Below, piece after piece: positions 30,767 through 39,597 of a stretch of 39,597 nt of DNA. Both the position numbers and the translations under genes were made by a program. The first letter of the stretch is position 1; every line of letters starts with the position of its first letter. The stretch is from Pseudomonadota bacterium. GTDB taxonomy: Bacteria > Desulfobacterota > Desulfobulbia > Desulfobulbales > DAOVYS01. The notes below the pieces were generated by a model, which was not told the origin of the DNA, searched no databases, and saw only the letters and a program-made list of their open reading frames with translations. Where the stretch lies: the NCBI GenBank assembly GCA_030635485.1, contig DAOVYS010000002.1:1-39597 (forward strand). The letters run 5' to 3'.

Positions 30767-30770
<4 letters not shown>
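30701..30770. repeat. Family A-related hairpin (A4), in inverse orientation, overlapping the rpoB stop codon
   Basis: Arms taagcgttcacaggtgc (30703-30719) / gcgcctgtgaacgctta (30753-30769) are complementary at 16/17, with an inner stem tagctg / cagcta. The reverse complement of the loop (gtgatcagggcaatcagctatagc) matches the A3 core (atgatcagggcgagtgactatagc). The TAA stop of rpoB (plus-strand 30767-30769) lies inside the right arm. Confidence 0.6.
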
Positions 30771-34855
<4,085 letters not shown>

Positions 34856-35009
34856 CAAGCACTGCCCTCATGTCTATTCCATGCCTGCGGAACAAAAAAT
34901 CTAGCCCAAAACCCGTTAAGTGTTATCTCTACAAACCGCGTATCAGCAAGAAAATCCGCCCTAAATCCCTTGCGCTCTTGGGCTAATTTTAATCCCGTCG
35001 CCAAAAAGC

Positions 35010-35046
35010 GACAAAAACGCTACGGAGGATCACCTCCGCAGCGTTC
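35010..35046 (-). terminator. Rho-independent attenuator/terminator between rplL and rpoB
   Basis: The minus-strand RNA is AACGCUGCGGAGG-UGAU-CCUCCGUAGCGUU, a 13-bp stem with one G-U pair, followed by UUUUUG. It lies ~30 nt after the rplL stop, the same position as the known partial terminator in the E. coli rplJL-rpoBC operon. Confidence 0.7.
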
Positions 35047-35077
35047 TTACCTCTATAAATGTATCAGGATTGATTTC

Positions 35078-35461
35078 TTATTTAATCTCAACGCTTCCGC
35101 CTACAGCTTCAATCTTGGACTTGATTTCCTCTGCCTCCTCCTTGGAAACGGCTTCCTTGATCGGCTGAGGAGCATCATCAACAAGCTGCTTGGCTTCTTT
35201 CAGGCCAAGAGAAGTAATCGAGCGAACTTCCTTGATCACCTGGATCTTCTTGTCACCGACTGCGGTAAGAACCGCGTCAAATTCGGTCTTTTCTTCAGCA
35301 GCGGCTCCTCCGGCATCACCACCGGCTGCAGGCCCCATCATTGCAACAGGTGCTGCGGCGGAAACACCAAATTTTTCTTCCATCTCCTTGATAAGCTCGG
35401 ACAGCTCAAGAACACTCATATTTGAAACAAACTCAATTACATCATCTTTGGTTACAGCCAT
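35078..35461 (-). CDS. rplL: 50S ribosomal protein L7/L12 (bL12)
   Basis: [40 protein letters not shown]... is a canonical L7/L12. Confidence 0.97.
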   Translation of the reverse strand: MAVTKDDVIEFVSNMSVLELSELIKEMEEKFGVSAAAPVAMMGPAAGGDAGGAAAEEKTEFDAVLTAVGDKKIQVIKEVRSITSLGLKEAKQLVDDAPQPIKEAVSKEEAEEIKSKIEAVGGSVEIK

Positions 35462-35512
35462 TTTACATATCCTCCCAACGAAGTTCTTCGTCGTTGTATA
35501 TAAAAAAATATT

Positions 35513-36040
35513 TTAATTGTCTGCCTGCTCTTTCTGTTCCTTTACGGCCTGAAGCAGATAAACCAGCTTTCTGGGCACTCCACTGAGCACCTGGACAAAG
35601 TTCGTGGGCACTGCCTGCATCACGGACATAAACTTGGCGAGCAGAACCTCTCTACTCGGCAGCTTGGCCAGCGCAGCAAGATCAGCCGTTGTCAGGATCT
35701 TTCCATCCATGACACCGGTCCTGAGCTCAACCATGGGATGATCCTTGGCAAATTCCGTAAGGATCTTCGCCGGGGCTACCGGATCCGTGTTGGAAACCGT
35801 GATTGCAGTTGTCCCTTTTAAAAACTCTTCCATTGGCTCGAAGGAAGTACCTTTAACCGCCCTACGCAAAAGCGTATTCTTGGCGACCCGGATATCAGCG
35901 TCGTTTTTTCTCAATTCCCGCCGAAGCTCCTGGAATTCCGGTACTGTCAGACCCCGATAGTCGCTGACAATGGCAATCTTTGCATCAGCCAACTTACCAA
36001 TCAATTCTTCAACTATCGCTGCCTTTTCCTCACGATTCAA
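35513..36040 (-). CDS. rplJ: 50S ribosomal protein L10 (uL10)
   Basis: The TTG start is preceded by an AGGAGG SD. (M)NREEKAAIVEELIGKLADAKIAIVSDYRGLTV... is a canonical L10. Confidence 0.95.
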   Translation of the reverse strand: MNREEKAAIVEELIGKLADAKIAIVSDYRGLTVPEFQELRRELRKNDADIRVAKNTLLRRAVKGTSFEPMEEFLKGTTAITVSNTDPVAPAKILTEFAKDHPMVELRTGVMDGKILTTADLAALAKLPSREVLLAKFMSVMQAVPTNFVQVLSGVPRKLVYLLQAVKEQKEQADN

Positions 36041-36583
36041 AGTCCTCTACCTCCTTTCAACTGTCTGCCGCCATAAAAAAAAGCCCAGGCCCGGCAAGCC
36101 GTATCTCATGCATCTTCACCATCTTTACAAATCAGAAACAACGGATTCGGCCGTAGCGTAAAGGCTCCTGTTTCAGGACGGACAATATTTGAAAATCTTG
36201 ATTTGTTAAAAGCAGTCGAGGTCGACCAGAACAGACAAAGTGCTCTAAAAATCGGGCTGTTTAAAACACGAAATTCAACACACCTGATTGCAATACAATG
36301 ACTGATTAGTCTAGGCAGGCCACCATTTTTCGCTGATTAAACCTTTTTAAAAAGGTACCCGCTGTCTTTGACATCAAAACTGCTCACACTCTTCCATCAG
36401 GATGCTCTAAAAAACTACGGTGCATCCTGAATCGTCACTGCCCCACTATTCCCAATGGGACAACAATTTTTTCTACGTCCCGCTTCTGCCTGAAGCAGAA
36501 ACTTTAAAGATAACAACAACTCAATAAAATCTCTGCCAACTCTTCCACTTCTATCAGAGCAAAATGGTACGCGGATAAATTTA
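36041..36583 (-). promoter_or_regulatory. 543-nt rplA-rplJ intergenic region, the expected site of the rplJ promoter and L10 autoregulatory leader
   Basis: Position only: E. coli has a ~400-nt leader here. Structured pieces seen are a 9-bp-stem hairpin at 36397-36430 and a perfect 16-nt palindrome acctttttaaaaaggt at 36341-36356. I cannot fold or match it to the Rfam L10_leader by eye. Confidence 0.3.
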
Positions 36584-37306
36584 TTATGAATAAAAATCAG
36601 GCTGTTTAACCAAAGTGCGAAGTTCCATGGGATCAACCTTAATCCCCGGACCCATTGTAGTAGACAGGCTTACACTCTTAAGATATACGCCCTTGGCTGA
36701 AGATGGCTTCAATTGAATGATTTTGTCAACAAAAGCCAGGATGTTGTCTTTCAGTTTGGATACTCCAAAGGAGGTCTTTCCGACCATGGCATGAACCACA
36801 CCGGCCTTGTCTACCCTGAAGTCAACCTTTCCTGACTTGATTTCCTGGACCACTCTAGCCACGTCAAAAGTTACAGTGCCCACTTTGGCATTAGGCATCA
36901 TTCCGCGGGGACCGAGAATACGGCCGATCTTCCCTACAGTGCCCATCATGTCGGGTGTGGCAATAGTCTTATCAAATTCAAGCCAGCCTTCCTTGATCTT
37001 GTCAACATATTCATCCGCTCCGGCGTAATCCGCTCCGGCGTCAAGGGCCTCCTTCTGTTTCTCCCCCTTGGCAAACACCAGAACCTTCACGTTCTTGCCG
37101 ATACCATGCGGGAGAACAATAGTGTTCCTGACCATCTGGTCCGCATGTCTCGGATCTACGCCCAACCGAATCGCAATATCCATTGACTCGTCAAATTTTG
37201 CATATCTACATTGCAGGGCCGTATCAATGCCTTTCTCAAGTTCAAACATCGTTCCGGCCTCAATATCCGCTGTTTTATTTCTATAATTCTTGCCTCGTCT
37301 AGCCAT
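36584..37306 (-). CDS. rplA: 50S ribosomal protein L1 (uL1)
   Basis: [60 protein letters not shown]... is a canonical L1. Confidence 0.96.
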   Translation of the reverse strand: MARRGKNYRNKTADIEAGTMFELEKGIDTALQCRYAKFDESMDIAIRLGVDPRHADQMVRNTIVLPHGIGKNVKVLVFAKGEKQKEALDAGADYAGADEYVDKIKEGWLEFDKTIATPDMMGTVGKIGRILGPRGMMPNAKVGTVTFDVARVVQEIKSGKVDFRVDKAGVVHAMVGKTSFGVSKLKDNILAFVDKIIQLKPSSAKGVYLKSVSLSTTMGPGIKVDPMELRTLVKQPDFYS

Positions 37307-37346
37307 GATACCCTACCGACCTCAAACGTTTTTGTTGTTTTTTTCT

Positions 37347-37444
37347 AACCCAGATAAACTGAAATTTTTAAAGGTCCTGGACTCTTTTCAGTACCCCCCT
37401 TAAGGGGTATAAGCACCTTAGAAAATATCTTCTAAGGTACTAAA
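37347..37444. repeat. Family C structured repeat, copy R1, in the rplK-rplA spacer
   Basis: aacccagataaactgaaatttttaaaggtcctggactcttttcagtaccccccttaaggggtataag (37347-37413) matches the reverse complement of 39382-39447 at about 62/67. It is followed by the palindrome accttagaaaatatcttctaaggt (37415-37438) and tactaaa. Confidence 0.7.
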
Positions 37445-37505
37445 TTCTCCGCAATTTTTAAAGCATGACCAAGCGAAGCCTCAGTCAACTGACAATAAAA
37501 GCCCT

Positions 37506-37931
37506 TTAGTTGCCGACAATTAAGCCGCAGCTCTTTGCGGTTCCCTCAATAATCCGCATAGCCGCCTCAATGTCATTGGCATTCAAGTCAGGCATCTTTA
37601 ATTCGGCGATTTCCTTAACTTTTTCTCTGGAAACCGTTGCGACACGATCTCTTCTCGGATTACTCGAACCCTTATCTATGCCCACGGCCTTGAACAGCAA
37701 TATGGATGCCGGCGGTGTCTTGGTGATAAACGAAAAGGAACGGTCCGCATACACGGTGATGACTACCGGAATAATCATGTCGCCTTCTTTCTGGGTCTTT
37801 GCGTTAAAGGCCTTGCAAAACTCCATAATATTTACGCCGTGCTGGCCAAGGGCCGGCCCTACCGGCGGAGACGGGTTGGCCTTCCCAGCCGGAATCTGAA
37901 GTTTTATAAATGCTGAAATCTTTTTTGCCAT
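37506..37931 (-). CDS. rplK: 50S ribosomal protein L11 (uL11)
   Basis: [44 protein letters not shown]... is a canonical L11. Confidence 0.97.
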   Translation of the reverse strand: MAKKISAFIKLQIPAGKANPSPPVGPALGQHGVNIMEFCKAFNAKTQKEGDMIIPVVITVYADRSFSFITKTPPASILLFKAVGIDKGSSNPRRDRVATVSREKVKEIAELKMPDLNANDIEAAMRIIEGTAKSCGLIVGN

Positions 37932-37993
37932 TTTATCTCACCTTAAATTATGTTCAACTTCCGCACCTGACACATCAGTCCGGACTATAAAAT

Positions 37994-38524
37994 CTACCCT
38001 CTGGTCACCTGGAAAAAATCGAGTTCGACCGGAGTTTCTCTCCCAAAAATACTGACAAGGACACGCACCCGGCCTTTATCCGAATTTACCTGATCTACAA
38101 TGCCCTGAAAATTTGAAAAGGGTCCATCAACCACACGAACACTATCTCCCTCCTCAAACATTACCTTTGGTCTCGGCTTTTCAGCCCCCTCTTTAATCCT
38201 GCTGATAATCTTCTCCGCATCTTCATCAGACAACGGTTCCGGATTGAGGTCGTTTCCTACAAAGCCGGTAATCTTAGGAGTTCCTCGCACCGTATGCCAG
38301 GTTTCATCGTTTAATTCCACGTTCAACAGCATATATCCGGGGAAAAATTTCCTTGCTGAGGTACGTTTGGCTCCTTTGAACATCTCAACGACCTGTTCCG
38401 TGGGCACAAGAATCTCCCCAAAGAGTTCCTCCTGACCAGCATTTTTTATCCGTTCCTGCATTGCGGTCTTTGCCTTCTCCTCAAAGCCGGAATAAGTATG
38501 CAGGATGTACCATTTTTTAGCCAT
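37994..38524 (-). CDS. nusG: Transcription termination/antitermination factor NusG
   Basis: The ORF track gives 37994..38557. I start at ATG 38524 (MAKKWYILHTYSGFEEKAKTAMQERI...). It has a C-terminal KOW domain (…GDSVRVVDGPFSNFQGIVDQV…). Confidence 0.95.
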   Translation of the reverse strand: MAKKWYILHTYSGFEEKAKTAMQERIKNAGQEELFGEILVPTEQVVEMFKGAKRTSARKFFPGYMLLNVELNDETWHTVRGTPKITGFVGNDLNPEPLSDEDAEKIISRIKEGAEKPRPKVMFEEGDSVRVVDGPFSNFQGIVDQVNSDKGRVRVLVSIFGRETPVELDFFQVTRG

Positions 38525-38587
38525 TCGGTTTACCGTCCAAGTATTGCCCGATCTCACTTATGTGATGGGCACTTGTCAAAACTTAAC

Positions 38588-38887
38588 TCAGTTCAGGATA
38601 AGGCTTATCATCTTTCCCAAAAAGAGATCGACTGCTCCAAGATACACGGAGATGAGCATTACCAGAATAACCACCACCACAGTTGACCCAAGAGTCTGTT
38701 TTCTCTCCGGCCAGGAAATTTTGCCGAATTCAGTCTTAACCTCAGCGGAAAAATGTTTTATCCGCTCCAGTTGAAATCCGATATTGTTGTCGGCTGGCTG
38801 CTGCTCAGACACAGCCCTCTTCTTCTTGCCTGTGCTCTCCGACTTCTTATGTGCTATAACTTTTGCCACGTCAATCCCTGATAACAC
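38588..38887 (-). CDS. secE: Preprotein translocase subunit SecE
   Basis: The protein has a …FSAEVKTEFGKISWPERKQTLGSTVVVVILVMLISVYLGAVD… single C-terminal TM segment typical of SecE and sits between tRNA-Trp and nusG. The start is uncertain: GTG 38887 per the ORF track, or GTG 38869 giving (M)AKVIAHKK.... Confidence 0.85.
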   Translation of the reverse strand: MLSGIDVAKVIAHKKSESTGKKKRAVSEQQPADNNIGFQLERIKHFSAEVKTEFGKISWPERKQTLGSTVVVVILVMLISVYLGAVDLFLGKMISLILN

Positions 38888-39005
38888 CTATCCACAAACG
38901 GCCCTTTTTTGTATTCGGATTTCAGGGGTCAGGTACCGACATAAAACAACTGCCTCAGTCCTTGACGGGCCTTTGGAAAGTGTAAAAAACATTCAAATAA
39001 AAAAA

Positions 39006-39082
39006 TGGCAGGCCAGGAGGGACTCGAACCCCCAACATCCGGATTTGGAGTCCGGCGCTCTACCAATTAGAGCTACTGGCCT
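39006..39082 (-). tRNA. trnW: tRNA-Trp (anticodon CCA), with encoded 3' CCA
   Basis: The reverse complement reads AGGCCAG-UA-GCUC-UAAUUGGUA-GAGC-G-CCGGA-CU-CCA-AA-UCCGG-AUGUU-GGGGG-UUCGAGU-CCCUC-CUGGCCU-G-CCA. The cloverleaf folds by hand. This is the canonical location between rpmG and secE. Confidence 0.9.
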
Positions 39083-39093
39083 ACCTCATCAGA

Positions 39094-39243
39094 TTATTTG
39101 GTTTCCTTGTGAAGTGTATGAGTTCTACAAAAACGGCAGTATTTCTTAAATTCCAACTTCTGCGGGGTCAGCCGTTTATTCTTCGTGGTTGTGTAGTTTC
39201 TGCGTTTGCACTCAGTGCATCCCAGTGTAATTATAGTTCTCAT
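39094..39243 (-). CDS. rpmG: 50S ribosomal protein L33 (bL33), CxxC...CxxC zinc form
   Basis: Hand translation (49 aa, below the ORF-track cutoff): [49 protein letters not shown]. Confidence 0.9.
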   Translation of the reverse strand: MRTIITLGCTECKRRNYTTTKNKRLTPQKLEFKKYCRFCRTHTLHKETK

Positions 39244-39293
39244 ACCAATATCCTTAAAACCGAACCGGCAAAGCCGGACTAATATTTCACCAT

Positions 39294-39447
39294 TTTAGTA
39301 CCTTAGAAAATATTTTCTGCACGTTTCCAACCCCTCAAGAAGGTACTGAAATGAGTGGCAAAAAATATTTTCGTGAAGATACTTATACCCCTTAAGGGGG
39401 TACTAAACAGAGTCCAGGGCCTTTAAAAATTCCAGTTTATCTGGGTT
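39294..39447. repeat. Family C structured repeat, copy R2 (inverted relative to R1, with an extra internal unit), in the tuf2-rpmG spacer
   Basis: 39382-39447 is the reverse complement of 37347-37413 (~93%). 39294-39320 (tttagtaccttagaaaatattttctgc) is the reverse complement of 37418-37444 (26/27 in the core). 39321-39381 is an extra unit containing a diverged copy (cccctcaagaaggtactgaaa) of the ccccttaagggggtactaaa sub-motif. Confidence 0.7.
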
Positions 39448-39496
39448 GAGAGTGGGAGGGAAACGTACGTAAAGCCCACCCAGTCCTTTATTCACC

Positions 39497-39597
39497 TTAT
39501 TCAATAATTTCGTTGATCACGCCGGCGCCTACCGTACGTCCGCCTTCGCGTATTGCAAAACGAAGTTCCTTCTCCATGGCAATCGGGGTGATCAACA
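39497..39597 (-). CDS. tuf: Elongation factor Tu, second copy (3' end only, truncated by the window edge)
   Basis: 39491-39597 is 107/107 identical to 21690-21796, covering the last 33 codons of tuf, the TAA stop and 6 nt of 3' flank. Confidence 0.9.
   Translation of the reverse strand, partial: LITPIAMEKELRFAIREGGRTVGAGVINEIIE

Noticed and set aside
36075-36101. A possible intrinsic attenuator (U8 tract) immediately upstream of the rplJ SD.
   Set aside because: I could not find a convincing stem in the preceding GC-rich segment. The best is about 5 bp, mostly G-U, or a 3-bp CGG/CCG stem with a CUUG loop. I do not call it as a terminator.
36415-36636. A 73-aa minus-strand ORF overlapping the rplA 3' end and extending into the rplJ leader.
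   Set aside because: It overlaps rplA out of frame, has no SD and has odd composition. The region is better explained as untranslated leader.

Overview
The window is mostly one roughly 34.5-kb minus-strand housekeeping super-operon. In transcription order it runs: tuf copy 2 (3' end only), rpmG, tRNA-Trp, secE, nusG, rplK, rplA, rplJ, rplL, rpoB, rpoC, rpsL, rpsG, fusA, tuf, then the S10/spc/alpha ribosomal-protein clusters (rpsJ through rpoA, including secY, map, infA) and rplQ. A bidirectional terminator at about 4977-5012 closes it. Upstream on the plus strand are the 3' end of a UbiA-like gene, a class II (B12-dependent) ribonucleotide reductase preceded by two NrdR-box-like operators, a small decayed accessory patch (an N-terminal fragment of an HI0074/HEPN-type gene plus AT-rich DNA) and a tandem-domain universal stress protein gene. 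I see no CRISPR array, transposase, integrase, or recognisable defence or secondary-metabolite system, so I do not claim a novel protein-coding system. The features that genes do not explain are non-coding. Spacers between many normally tightly packed ribosomal-protein and RNA-polymerase genes are unusually long (70-540 nt). Several of them are filled by at least two families of structured, imperfectly palindromic repeats. Family A (with its 13-nt terminal motif GTAAGCGTTCACC) lies at 3208-3292, 6560-6720, 7449-7504, 8909-9050, 14398-14548 and 30701-30770. Family C is an inverted pair at 37347-37444 and 39294-39447 that brackets rplK-nusG-secE-tRNA-Trp-rpmG. All alignments and identity counts were made by eye, and no database search was possible. 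Several ORF-track starts were trimmed to starts with a Shine-Dalgarno (SD) sequence.
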